Shown here piece after piece: positions 36,260-46,083 of a DNA stretch of 64,000 nucleotides. The stretch comes from a virus (taxonomy: Duplodnaviria; Caudoviricetes), in the IMG/VR virus record IMGVR_UViG_3300046786_000293, positions 1 through 64,000 of that record; one strand, written 5' to 3'. The position numbers were made by a program, and so were the translations under genes. Position 1 is the first letter of the stretch, and the number at the start of each line of letters is the position of its first letter. The notes beneath the pieces are model-generated. The model saw only the letters and a program-made list of their open reading frames with translations, was not told the DNA's origin and did no database searches.

Positions 36260-37449
36260 TGATGTTTTCCTTAGATAATTTCTATTACATATTATACGCA
36301 AATTTGTTAAAACCTGCAAACTTATACTCTTTATATTTCTATCCTTTTGGTAGCACTAGCAGTGAGAACATTTGCCAAGACTTTAGCAGTATTAGACCAA
36401 ATTGGGATAATAACATATTTCAGCACTGTTTGTATTACGATCAAGAACCATTGATAAAACAACATTTTGAAAAACTTAACTATCCCCAAAGATACCATTT
36501 GTTTTTTACAAACAAGTATTGTAAATTATTAGCCAATAGCGAACATTCACTTTTTAAGAAACAAATCTGCAAAGAAAACGGTTACATAGATTGGTACTAC
36601 TTTTTCCATGGATTTGCTGCACTTGATTGGTATAGAGATTTTCAGTATTTTCCGTCAGTCGAATATCAAATTACAAAGATATTTATATCACTAAATCGCC
36701 TGACAACAAAAGACAGAAGTTATAGACTTTTACTAGCAAGTCATTTAATAAATGAAAACTTATTAGAAAAAGGACATGTTAGTTTGAGTCTCGATGATGT
36801 GGGACTAGGAACATGGCAAGATGAATTAACTTACAAATATAGTAAATTGCCAGAGCATACTGTTCCGTTTGTAAAAGAGCAAATTAGTAAATTACCAGGG
36901 TCTTTAACTTTAGATCAAAAGAATCCGCAAGGAGATTTGAGTTCAAAGTTTGATCAACACAGTATAAGAATTAGTCAAGAAGCACTTTGGCATGTTGTTA
37001 CTGAAACTGTGTTTTATTATGATAAATTACATTTAACTGAAAAAATATTCAAACCAATAGTACATCGACGACCTTTTATTCTTGTGGCGGCGCCAGGCAA
37101 TTTAGCATATCTAAAAAGTTATGGATTTAAAACTTTTGATAGGTGGATCAACGAAAGTTACGACAACGAAAAAGATCCTGCTAAACGAATAGAGATGATT
37201 GTCTACGAACTTAAAAAACTTTGCCAACTCTCGATGCCAGAAATTAATTTAATGTACGAAGAAATGAAAGAAATACTAGAATACAATTTCAATCATTTCT
37301 ATGGCCAGTTTAAAACTCTTATAGCAAATGAATTAGTAGATAACTTCGATGGCTGTATAAGACAATGGAATAACGGACGAGTTGACGGCAGAACCGTGAA
37401 TATTAGTAATATAGACTTAGATAAAATTAAAAAATTATTGGGTCAATAA
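36259..37449 (+). CDS. Glycosyltransferase-like phage protein
   Basis: VVTETVF...HLTEKIFKPI...RPFILV...LKSYGFKTF..WI.ESYD pattern. Confidence 0.6.
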   Translation: MMFSLDNFYYILYANLLKPANLYSLYFYPFGSTSSENICQDFSSIRPNWDNNIFQHCLYYDQEPLIKQHFEKLNYPQRYHLFFTNKYCKLLANSEHSLFKKQICKENGYIDWYYFFHGFAALDWYRDFQYFPSVEYQITKIFISLNRLTTKDRSYRLLLASHLINENLLEKGHVSLSLDDVGLGTWQDELTYKYSKLPEHTVPFVKEQISKLPGSLTLDQKNPQGDLSSKFDQHSIRISQEALWHVVTETVFYYDKLHLTEKIFKPIVHRRPFILVAAPGNLAYLKSYGFKTFDRWINESYDNEKDPAKRIEMIVYELKKLCQLSMPEINLMYEEMKEILEYNFNHFYGQFKTLIANELVDNFDGCIRQWNNGRVDGRTVNISNIDLDKIKKLLGQ

Positions 37450-37494
37450 ATACATTATCAATGAATTTTAAGATTTAACTTTAAGGAAACTGAA

Positions 37495-38703
37495 ATGAAA
37501 AAACGCAACTATACTGTCGACGACGTTCGTCGGCTCCAAGGTAGTGTTCAGATCGAACATACATTAGCAAAGCGTGGCGCCGCAAAGCTTCGCACATTGC
37601 TAGCTACAGAACCTTATATAAACACCTTAGGTGCCTATAACGGTCAGATGGCGGTACAACATGCTAAAGCCGGATTAAAAGCAATTTACCTAAGCGGATG
37701 GCAAGTAGCTGGCGCAAATAACACAGCTAATCAAACATACCCCGATCAGTCATTATATCCAGTTGACTCAGTACCACGTGTGGTGAAAGGCATTAACAAT
37801 GCTTTCCGTCGTGCTGACCAAATCGAAACATTAGAAGGCAGTGTTACTACAGATTATTTTCTTCCTATTGTTGCTGATGCAGAAGCAGGATTCGGCGGTG
37901 CATTAAACGCATACGAATTAATGGCTGCAATGATTGAAGCAGGTGCTGCTGGTGTTCACTTTGAAGATCAACTAGCCAGTGAAAAGAAATGTGGTCATTT
38001 AGGTGGTAAGGTTCTCGTACCAACAAGTCAGATGATTCGTACACTTAACGCCGCACGTTTAGCCGCAGATGTTGCTGGTGTAGACACAGTTATCATGGCA
38101 CGTACAGACGCAGAAAGTGCCACATTAATCACTAGCGATCATGACCCACTAGATAAGGATTTTATTATTAATGAGCGTACTGAAGAAGGCTTTTATAAAT
38201 TTAAAAATGGTATCGATGCTTGTATTAGCAGAGGTCTTGCTTATGCCCCTTACGCTGATCTCTTATGGTTCGAAACTAGTACGCCTGATATCGCACAGGC
38301 TAAGAAGTTTGCTGATGCCATCCACGCTAAGTATCCTGACCAAATGCTTGCTTATAACTGTAGTCCTAGTTTTAATTGGCGCAAGTTTTTAAGCGAAGAT
38401 GAATGCGAAACATTTCAGCGTGAACTGGGTGAATTAGGTTACAAGTTCCAATTCATTACTCTTGCTGGTTTCCACTCTGTGAACCTTGCTACCTTTGAAT
38501 TAGCCGAAGCCTATAAGGATCGTGGTATGGCTGGCTATAGTGAAATGCAACAACGTGAGTTTGCTGCACAGGAGCGCGGATTTACTACCGTTAAACACCA
38601 ACGTGAAGTTGGCGTTAGCTACTTTGATGCAATTAGCACAGCAGTAGGTGCTACTTCTACTGTTGCTAATAAAACATCAACAGAAGCGGATCAATTTCAT
38701 TAA
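37495..38703 (+). CDS. aceA: Isocitrate lyase
   Basis: [28 protein letters not shown], catalytic [27 protein letters not shown]. Confidence 0.97.
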   Translation: MKKRNYTVDDVRRLQGSVQIEHTLAKRGAAKLRTLLATEPYINTLGAYNGQMAVQHAKAGLKAIYLSGWQVAGANNTANQTYPDQSLYPVDSVPRVVKGINNAFRRADQIETLEGSVTTDYFLPIVADAEAGFGGALNAYELMAAMIEAGAAGVHFEDQLASEKKCGHLGGKVLVPTSQMIRTLNAARLAADVAGVDTVIMARTDAESATLITSDHDPLDKDFIINERTEEGFYKFKNGIDACISRGLAYAPYADLLWFETSTPDIAQAKKFADAIHAKYPDQMLAYNCSPSFNWRKFLSEDECETFQRELGELGYKFQFITLAGFHSVNLATFELAEAYKDRGMAGYSEMQQREFAAQERGFTTVKHQREVGVSYFDAISTAVGATSTVANKTSTEADQFH

Positions 38704-39404
38704 TGTCTGAATTAATATTCACTTTAATAGTAACACACATTACCATAGTGTGTGTTACATTATTTTTACATCGTGGGCAAGCGCATAAAGGAATAATCTT
38801 TCACCCAATACTAAGTCATTTTATGCGTTTTTGGTTATGGTTAACTACTGGTATGGTTACCAAGCAGTGGGTAGCTATACATCGCAAGCATCATCGATAC
38901 AGTGATGAGCCAGGAGATCCGCATAGTCCGCATGTTTTTGGTATATGGAACGTATTGTTTCGAGGAGCAGGTTTGTATCATGAAGCATCGAAAGATAAAG
39001 ATATGGTTAATACATATGGTGTTGGCACTCCTGATGATTGGGTGGAGCGCAACATATACACGCCTCACAGTAGACTTGGCATTGGCATTCTCCTTGTGCT
39101 CAACTGCTGGATTTGGGGTTGGGCTGGTGCCTTGATATGGCTAGTGCAAATGATTTGGATTCCATTTTGGGCGGCGGGTGTAATTAATGGCCTGGGCCAC
39201 TGGATAGGATATAGAAATGGAAGAACCCAAGATAAATCTAAAAATATTTCTCCAATTGGTATTATCATTGGTGGCGAGTGCCTTCACAATAACCACCATC
39301 TTGATCCTGCTAACCCGAAACTGAGCCGTCGTTGGTTTGAATTTGATATTGGTTGGATGTGGCTTAGTATATTTAGATTCTGCAGACTGGCTCGACTGCG
39401 TTAA
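38703..39404 (+). CDS. Acyl-CoA (delta-9-type) fatty-acid desaturase
   Basis: His boxes HRGQAH, HRKHH, HNNHH; FEFDIGW. Confidence 0.92.
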   Translation: MSELIFTLIVTHITIVCVTLFLHRGQAHKGIIFHPILSHFMRFWLWLTTGMVTKQWVAIHRKHHRYSDEPGDPHSPHVFGIWNVLFRGAGLYHEASKDKDMVNTYGVGTPDDWVERNIYTPHSRLGIGILLVLNCWIWGWAGALIWLVQMIWIPFWAAGVINGLGHWIGYRNGRTQDKSKNISPIGIIIGGECLHNNHHLDPANPKLSRRWFEFDIGWMWLSIFRFCRLARLR

Positions 39405-39604
39405 ACTTTACACATTGTAATATTAGAAATAATTTGTTTCCACTCATCTTCTTTGCCAGCAATAAACGAAGGGAAATAATATGTTTGTAACCATATATTC
39501 ATATAGTAATCGAACCAAATTCCCATTAACCCGTCTGTGTATTGAACAAACGGGTTAGTCATGAGAATGTTAGAATATTCTGCGATTAAAGAACGGTTAA
39601 ACAT
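39401..39604 (-). CDS. Hypothetical protein
   Basis: 67-aa ORF converging on the desaturase. Confidence 0.5.
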   Translation of the reverse strand: MFNRSLIAEYSNILMTNPFVQYTDGLMGIWFDYYMNIWLQTYYFPSFIAGKEDEWKQIISNITMCKV

Positions 39605-39619
39605 TACCTATTTACCGAT

Positions 39620-39775
39620 CTATTGTTCAATGTTTTTTGATAGTTTATTTGTTTCAATGGTTTTTGTTTCTATTCTTATTTCTACAGAAGTTGAATCGAC
39701 AGCTTTTTGAATCTTGCCAGCTGACCACCAACCAAATGAAGTAACAAACCCTATGATAAAATATGTTGTATACAT
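39620..39775 (-). CDS. Small membrane protein, 51 aa (not in ORF track)
   Basis: MYTTYFIIGFVTSFGWWSAGKIQKAVDSTSV...; TAATG overlap with the upstream gene. Confidence 0.6.
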   Translation of the reverse strand: MYTTYFIIGFVTSFGWWSAGKIQKAVDSTSVEIRIETKTIETNKLSKNIEQ

Positions 39776-40362
39776 TACTTGTTTGCTAAAGGATTATCGA
39801 TAGCTTTCTGAATTTTGTTGTCAACTTCTTTCTTTAATGTTTCTACTTCTCGAGAAATTTCTCTACGAGCATCGGCCATTTCTTTGCGGATTGCATTAAC
39901 TTCTGCACGAGCTTTGTCTAGGTCTTCTCGTACATCTTTACGTGCTTGACGCATTTCTTGTTCAGTTTCGCGCTGAGCTTGCTTGACACTACGCTCAACT
40001 TGTTCAGTTACAGTTTCGTTACGACGAATATCAGTCTTTAAGTCGTTCTTGATGTCGCGGGTGTAATCGCTAGTTTTTGTGCTAGTTTCCTCAATTACTG
40101 CTAGTCGCTTGTCGAATCCCGTCAAATCTGGTGCAGCATATTCGGCAATCTTTTTCTTCATACCTACGTAATCTTTATAAACCTCAAAAGCACCGTATAG
40201 TCCACCTAATGTACTACTTACAATAGTAAATGCTACCATTAGTTTTGCCGGTGTAAATTCATAACCGCCAATACTTATAACTGTATCTTTACTAGCGTAT
40301 TTTTTTGCCGCTGCTTCTAATTCGTCAACTTTTTTATTAACGTCTTTAATTTCTTCTCCCAT
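39775..40362 (-). CDS. TM-anchored coiled-coil protein
   Basis: Central TM segment; long heptad-like C-terminus; ends DNPLANK. Confidence 0.8.
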   Translation of the reverse strand: MGEEIKDVNKKVDELEAAAKKYASKDTVISIGGYEFTPAKLMVAFTIVSSTLGGLYGAFEVYKDYVGMKKKIAEYAAPDLTGFDKRLAVIEETSTKTSDYTRDIKNDLKTDIRRNETVTEQVERSVKQAQRETEQEMRQARKDVREDLDKARAEVNAIRKEMADARREISREVETLKKEVDNKIQKAIDNPLANK

Positions 40363-40374
40363 TACTAGCTCCTT

Positions 40375-42225
40375 TTATTTGTTTTTATATTGTTCGTCAA
40401 CCATTTCTTGATGCACTCTGTCACTAGCGCCGGTTAGACCTCTCAGCAATCTTACATTATCTACAGTTTTTTGACCGCGATATAATTCTTCGGGTTTGTA
40501 AAAGTTTACGTCCTTTAGTGTCATGGATGTATAAAGATCATATCCCGGTGGCATTTTTGCAATAGATGCAATAGAAACTGATCCGGCTGCATCGTTGTCT
40601 TGTACTTTACTGTTTACAGTAGATGTGTTTACACTAGATTGCATTTCATTTAAGTTATGCTTAGTGTTTACATATCCAGCTATAAAGTCTGTAGGCGAAC
40701 TCATGTCTATATTACGATTACTGTCAGACTCATTTAACTTTGGTGCTTCAGTCATCGGTGATGGTGATACAAAAATAGATGTTGTAAGCGGCGTAGAATT
40801 TATTGCTATATTAAGTCCTTGAGCAGGGTTTTCATTCTGTGCTATCGGAGCGGGCGGCAATAATTCATAACTACTCACAGTTGGTGTAACTACGTTTGAC
40901 CCAACATTTGTATTCACTGCAGGTGCAGGTTGTATTACCGGAGTATTAGTTTGTTGTGTATCTGTTGTAGTTGTTTGAGTGTTTGGTGGAAGCAAGACTG
41001 ATACTACAGGTTGCATTGCGCTGTTAGATCCAGCTTGTGGCGATGAAGCTGTAGTGTTTACGCCTGGTGATGGAGCACTATTAGCATTTGACGCACCGGG
41101 TAAACGTTCTGAGTTAATAGCAGAACTAGCTTGGCTTTGACTCAAAGCAATAGCTTGAGATTGCTCTACGGCTGTATTGGCAGCAGCATTGGCCAACGAT
41201 AAAGATTCACTAACTGATTTATCTTGTAATGCTTTTTCATTTGCTGCATTTTTTGCTATGACAGACAATGCATATGACGCCAATGAAGATTTGTCGTTAA
41301 GGTTAGTTCCCGCAGTAATACTAGCAGCAGATGCAGTTTCTGTCGTTTTATTGCTTTCTAATACCTTTGATAATATATCCGCAGATACTGCACTGGGTGG
41401 CGGGCCAGAAACTGTTGTAGTTTGTGTAACAGGTTGACTTTCTGTCACAGTTTGAGTTATTGCAATAGGTGAAGATGTAGATGACGTAGAAGATGTTGCA
41501 GGACCACTTAGCTTATTAAGGGCGTCTAAGAAGCCAGAACATGTAGGGCTATACAATGGATCTTTGATACAAGGATCAACGCTATATTTCAAGCTAAAAT
41601 TTACACCCTGAAGTTCAGGACCATATGGTCCAGCCCATCCATTGTTATCTTTACCTATGAATCCGTATTGAACTTGTCCTATTGATGTTGCTGACAATGG
41701 TGATGTGAATGTTTCTGAATAGTTAAAAGTTGTCCAGTCATATTTGTATGATAGATTATATGAATTGCCATATAATAAATTACTTGTACCTCTACCGCCT
41801 GTAGTATCCCAAAAACGAACCAATGCAGTCAATTGGTCAGTCATGCCGTTGTCCCACCCATTACCGTTTTTAGCAGTAAAACTAAAATTATATCCATTAA
41901 CTTGCAAGCCAGTGGAAGATGGCAAAATAGTAGATACATTTTGTTGTTGATAGATGTAAGTAGAACCGTAACTAAAGTTAATATTGTTACCGGGGCGAAT
42001 AATAGCATTAGGACCGCAATAGCCAGGGTCGCCCCATTGCCAGCAGGTTAAGCTACTCTGATAAACACCATTAACCCACGTGGATCCGCTACTGGTTGTT
42101 GTCTGTTGAACAATATTTCCAGTATTATATATTTGCCCTGGTACTAGTTCTTGACTATTAATTGAACCACTTGTTAACCAGGATGCCAATAAGAGCACCG
42201 AGGCCAACCTTCTGATAAGTGTCAT
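40375..42225 (-). CDS. Exported protein with N-terminal carbohydrate-binding-like beta domain and S/T/N/A/P-rich stalk
   Basis: Signal peptide; DNNGWAGPYGP; DPCIKDPLYSPTCSG; low-complexity middle. Confidence 0.7.
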   Translation of the reverse strand: MTLIRRLASVLLLASWLTSGSINSQELVPGQIYNTGNIVQQTTTSSGSTWVNGVYQSSLTCWQWGDPGYCGPNAIIRPGNNINFSYGSTYIYQQQNVSTILPSSTGLQVNGYNFSFTAKNGNGWDNGMTDQLTALVRFWDTTGGRGTSNLLYGNSYNLSYKYDWTTFNYSETFTSPLSATSIGQVQYGFIGKDNNGWAGPYGPELQGVNFSLKYSVDPCIKDPLYSPTCSGFLDALNKLSGPATSSTSSTSSPIAITQTVTESQPVTQTTTVSGPPPSAVSADILSKVLESNKTTETASAASITAGTNLNDKSSLASYALSVIAKNAANEKALQDKSVSESLSLANAAANTAVEQSQAIALSQSQASSAINSERLPGASNANSAPSPGVNTTASSPQAGSNSAMQPVVSVLLPPNTQTTTTDTQQTNTPVIQPAPAVNTNVGSNVVTPTVSSYELLPPAPIAQNENPAQGLNIAINSTPLTTSIFVSPSPMTEAPKLNESDSNRNIDMSSPTDFIAGYVNTKHNLNEMQSSVNTSTVNSKVQDNDAAGSVSIASIAKMPPGYDLYTSMTLKDVNFYKPEELYRGQKTVDNVRLLRGLTGASDRVHQEMVDEQYKNK

Positions 42226-43441
42226 CTTTCACTTCCTTTTCTGGTTCAGGTATCTTGCTTGGATTTGCTGCCCACGCAACTTTAGCTTGTTCTCCTATCT
42301 TACCTTCATACGGGCATGGTGTACCTGCTGCCATCATAGCATCCCATACACGCTTGTCTTGACACATTGTTGCAACCGCTGCCACTTTCATTCCCATATC
42401 AAATAGTGTCTTAGATAATTTTAATCGTTCACAATTTAAGTCACGTACTGTTCCGCCAGTCGAAACACCAAAAATTTGAGTTTGTACTGCACTAGAGGTA
42501 CCAGTTGTACATAAGTCTTGGTTTCCGCCACTCATCATCATTGGAGCGATAGCAGTCGGTGGTGGCTGAATAATCTTTTGTGTAATATTAGTGTCGTTTA
42601 TATTACGATTAGTCATGTCACCAGTTTGTACGTTTTGGTTAACATTGTTATTCGAATTTGTGCTGGTACTAGTTGAAGTGTTGTTATTGTTATTTGTGTT
42701 TGTACTTGTAGAAGTATTTGTATTGTTGTTTGTGTTGGTTGCAGTACTAGTATTAGTGTTCACATTGTTGCTAGTGCTTGTATTGGTATTATTGTTTGTA
42801 TTTGTACTTGTGCTGGTATTAGTATTGTTGTTTGTGTTGGTAGATGTGTTTGTATTATTGTTGGTGTTTGTAGCAGTACTTGTATTTGTATTGTTGTAAT
42901 TCATAGTACCATTGTTAATATTTGTATTGGTACTATTAATAGTATTGTTGTTTGTATTCGTACTAGTAGATGTGTTATTATTTGTATTGGTGTTGGTACT
43001 AGTAGAAGTATTAGTATTGTTGTTTGTGTTGGTTGCTGTAGAGGTATTTGTGTTGGTATTGTTGTAGTTTACTGTACCGCTATTGACGTTATTATACGTA
43101 ACCTCGCCGGATGCAACGTTATTGTTGGTGTAAGTCACAGAACCACTGTTTACATTATTATTGGTATAAGTTACAGAACCACTGTTTACGTTGTTATTAG
43201 TGTTCACGTTTGTGGATGTAACAGTGCTAGTTGCTGTGCTATTAGTAGTGGCTGTACTGGTATTTGTAGTATTAACTGTGCTAGTAGAATTAGATGTACT
43301 GTTAGTATCTACTAAACTGGCAGAACCGTAGCCGGCTGAAATAGAACTTTGATTAATCAGAGTTTGAGCATGTGTGCTTGCGGAAGCCATGAAAATGGCC
43401 AACATTACCGCAGTGAATTTTTTTATCATTTTTATCATCAC
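42158..43441 (-). CDS. Exported Asn/Thr-repeat protein with Cys-containing C-terminal domain
   Basis: Signal peptide; many TNTNNN/TSTSTN repeats; PPPTAIAP..DLC..CERLK..GTPCP. Confidence 0.85.
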   Translation of the reverse strand: MMIKMIKKFTAVMLAIFMASASTHAQTLINQSSISAGYGSASLVDTNSTSNSTSTVNTTNTSTATTNSTATSTVTSTNVNTNNNVNSGSVTYTNNNVNSGSVTYTNNNVASGEVTYNNVNSGTVNYNNTNTNTSTATNTNNNTNTSTSTNTNTNNNTSTSTNTNNNTINSTNTNINNGTMNYNNTNTSTATNTNNNTNTSTNTNNNTNTSTSTNTNNNTNTSTSNNVNTNTSTATNTNNNTNTSTSTNTNNNNNTSTSTSTNSNNNVNQNVQTGDMTNRNINDTNITQKIIQPPPTAIAPMMMSGGNQDLCTTGTSSAVQTQIFGVSTGGTVRDLNCERLKLSKTLFDMGMKVAAVATMCQDKRVWDAMMAAGTPCPYEGKIGEQAKVAWAANPSKIPEPEKEVKDDTYQKVGLGALIGILVNKWFN

Positions 43442-43711
43442 CTTAGTATAAAGACCACTAGGGCCCCATATACTTATACTAAATTGATAAAATAATTTTA
43501 TTGGGCTATAACCTATAGCTAAATACCAGACTTTTTATCTAACTTTTCTGGTCTTGTAGGTTTGGTGGATTCTTTGGTTTCTTTAAGCAGCCGTTCTGTT
43601 ACAGAACTCGTGCGATGATGTGGTAGGTGTTTAGGCGGTTCTTTGACTCGGGGTCTTCGTTTAAACCAACTCATATTGACTCCTTGTAACTATTTACAAA
43701 GAGTCCGAATA

Positions 43712-44020
43712 TTATTTTATTGTGCTATTAATTCTGTCTAAGATAATTTCGTAAAAACTATCTAATTCCCCGTTAAACTTTCCCATGAGACCTTGGGCAA
43801 TAACTACGCAATTATTGAAATTTCCTTGGTTATATTCTTTTATAAATTCTGCGTGTGTTCTTTTGCTACGTTCCAAGGTAGGCAATTCAGAAACTGGCAC
43901 TTCATTTACTACGCAAAATGCAGTTACTAGATTATCACCATTGCCGAATGTTTCTAGCTCTAGTACAGTATAGTTTGATCTAAGTTGATCTGCAACTTCA
44001 TGTCCCATAACAATGTGCAT
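43712..44020 (-). CDS. Conserved phage hypothetical protein
   Basis: YTVLELETF...GELDSFY. Confidence 0.75.
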   Translation of the reverse strand: MHIVMGHEVADQLRSNYTVLELETFGNGDNLVTAFCVVNEVPVSELPTLERSKRTHAEFIKEYNQGNFNNCVVIAQGLMGKFNGELDSFYEIILDRINSTIK

Positions 44021-44429
44021 CTACATCCTCCAATGCTTGTTCTATTTGCGCTAAATTAACTCCGTGTTCTAAGTATCCTTCTGTGACCATATTTAGATAG
44101 TATTCACTAGGATATCCAGCACCAGTATGATCTGTCATGAAATATATCATAGCCCGGATTTGGCGACCGTTGTATTGAACAGTAACTTCCTTTTTGCCAT
44201 AAAAATCTGGATAACCTTCTAGTAGATCCAGTGCATATTCGCATTCGGGTGTGATGTCCCATAAGACACAATCCATAGAACTGTCATGATTTATTACAGC
44301 ATCACAAAATTGTTTAAATGCTAATTTGTGACCTAAAAGTTTCACCGCTCCAAGACTACGGGCTTTGGGGCAGCGTCTGCCCATTTGTTTTTTATTTGTG
44401 TTCATGCCATAGGCAAGGTAATAACTCAT
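43998..44429 (-). CDS. Gamma-glutamylcyclotransferase (AIG2-like)
   Basis: YLAYGMN...QM..RCP; LDLLEGYP..Y; PSEYY. Confidence 0.85.
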   Translation of the reverse strand: MSYYLAYGMNTNKKQMGRRCPKARSLGAVKLLGHKLAFKQFCDAVINHDSSMDCVLWDITPECEYALDLLEGYPDFYGKKEVTVQYNGRQIRAMIYFMTDHTGAGYPSEYYLNMVTEGYLEHGVNLAQIEQALEDVDAHCYGT

Positions 44430-44956
44430 AATTCTGTTAAATTGTATCTACTAACTGCGTCTTGAATTGCTTCTGCTTGGCTTACGCAATCAGCCAATGC
44501 ATTGTGTAATAGTGATCCGGGGCGACGTGTATCACCTAATGCTTTTAGTAATGTGCGACTATCACGAATAGAATAATAAGGCCACGGAGCAGGTTTACCC
44601 AACTGTCTATATAGGTTTTCTAGAATAACAATATCAAACACCGGTCCTTGTGCCCAAATACGATTTGCTCCTAGTACAAATTTATTTAGAGACTTAGTGA
44701 AAGTTTCTAAATCAACTCTACCTTCTTCACCCAAAGCTTCTTCTCTAACTTCTTCACTTTGTGTGCCCCACCAAGCAACGGTGCCTTCATCGACTTTACG
44801 GCCTAATGTAATCTGTTCATCTACATTAATCCTAAAATATAGGCCTTGATCCATGTCAGTATCCCTATCAAAAGGATTAAATTTTATGGCACCTATAGTT
44901 AAAATCACACTATCCGGGCTTGTGGCTAGTGTTTCTAAGTCGAGCATTACGTCCAT
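44426..44956 (-). CDS. DEDDh 3'-5' exonuclease (Rv2179c-like)
   Basis: MLDLETL, WAQGPVFD, IRDSRT, HNALADC. Confidence 0.88.
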   Translation of the reverse strand: MDVMLDLETLATSPDSVILTIGAIKFNPFDRDTDMDQGLYFRINVDEQITLGRKVDEGTVAWWGTQSEEVREEALGEEGRVDLETFTKSLNKFVLGANRIWAQGPVFDIVILENLYRQLGKPAPWPYYSIRDSRTLLKALGDTRRPGSLLHNALADCVSQAEAIQDAVSRYNLTEL

Positions 44957-46083
44957 TATTTTCCTAAACAATAACTATCTGTAAAAATTCCAATAGTATC
45001 TTCAAAAAGTGTTCCGTTATGTTTCCACTTTGCGGGTAACAGTTTATCCAATTGATTCATACCATTTTGCCAATTCCTTACATGAGCGCTGTTTTCGTCT
45101 TTAAAGAAAAATTTATCCCAAGGTTGGACTACACTCCTGTCAGCTTTGGCTGGACTAAAGAACATTGGCAATGTTCTATTATATACGATATTGCCTATAA
45201 AGTCATGTTTTGTTCTACCAGTTAGATTATTCAAAATGCTAGGATTTATTCCACGCTCTTTAAGATAGCTTTTGATAACATGCCCTTGTTTTATTAACAT
45301 CAATCCTGTAGACTCTGCCCAGTAAAACGGCTCCACATACAAAGGATTCTGGCTTCCGGTTCCACGAAATGGAACTACCAAATTAATAAATTTATCCAAA
45401 AATTTTAGATAGAACTGTCCATTTCTGTAATCGACTATTGGCTTATCCACACCAATTAAATGGGCAACTGTTTTGCCCATGTCTGTAATTCTTCTAAATT
45501 CGGTATTCACTAAATCAAAATCTGCACGCCAAGCAATACCTGGAGTGAAGCTATTTAAAGGGTTACTGTCGAAGTTAAACCAGTCTGGATTATTTTTAAA
45601 ATAGTTTATTGTGTAATCGCATGTATCAACTACTGTAATTTTTAAATCAGGCAAGTACGTATTTTTAACATATTCTGCTAAAGGATATGATTGAAAAAAG
45701 ACTTCTGCATAGTTATTTTCAGGTCGGTTATTTGCAATAGACTTATCAACGACGCCAATAGGTCCCCTGATAAAAATTTCATCCAATTTAATATTGTTTC
45801 GAATGAATGTTTCAAGGATGTTAGTGCTGTCTGCACCCCCGCTAAAGTGCAAGACTAAGTAGTCATATCGGTTTCTAAGTTCCCAGGCCCGAGCTGAATA
45901 TAACTGATCTAAAGTTTGTGTTGGCTCGAGTTCCCAATTTAATTTTTTATAAATGTCGTCATATAAAACAAACTTCACCGGCTGTTGTTTACGTTCCGAT
46001 TCTAGTATAGCTTTTATTTTACTTAAATACTTCTCATGGCCTACTTCATAGTGACCGTAATAAGTCCCATCGTAAGATAACAT
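44956..46083 (-). CDS. PP-loop (N-type ATP pyrophosphatase) protein
   Basis: HFSGGADS motif. Confidence 0.7.
   Translation of the reverse strand: MLSYDGTYYGHYEVGHEKYLSKIKAILESERKQQPVKFVLYDDIYKKLNWELEPTQTLDQLYSARAWELRNRYDYLVLHFSGGADSTNILETFIRNNIKLDEIFIRGPIGVVDKSIANNRPENNYAEVFFQSYPLAEYVKNTYLPDLKITVVDTCDYTINYFKNNPDWFNFDSNPLNSFTPGIAWRADFDLVNTEFRRITDMGKTVAHLIGVDKPIVDYRNGQFYLKFLDKFINLVVPFRGTGSQNPLYVEPFYWAESTGLMLIKQGHVIKSYLKERGINPSILNNLTGRTKHDFIGNIVYNRTLPMFFSPAKADRSVVQPWDKFFFKDENSAHVRNWQNGMNQLDKLLPAKWKHNGTLFEDTIGIFTDSYCLGK

Noticed and set aside
42600-43270. Calling the N/T-repeat protein an ice-nucleation protein
   Set aside because: It lacks the InaZ AGYGSTxT octapeptide; kept only as a speculative beta-solenoid.
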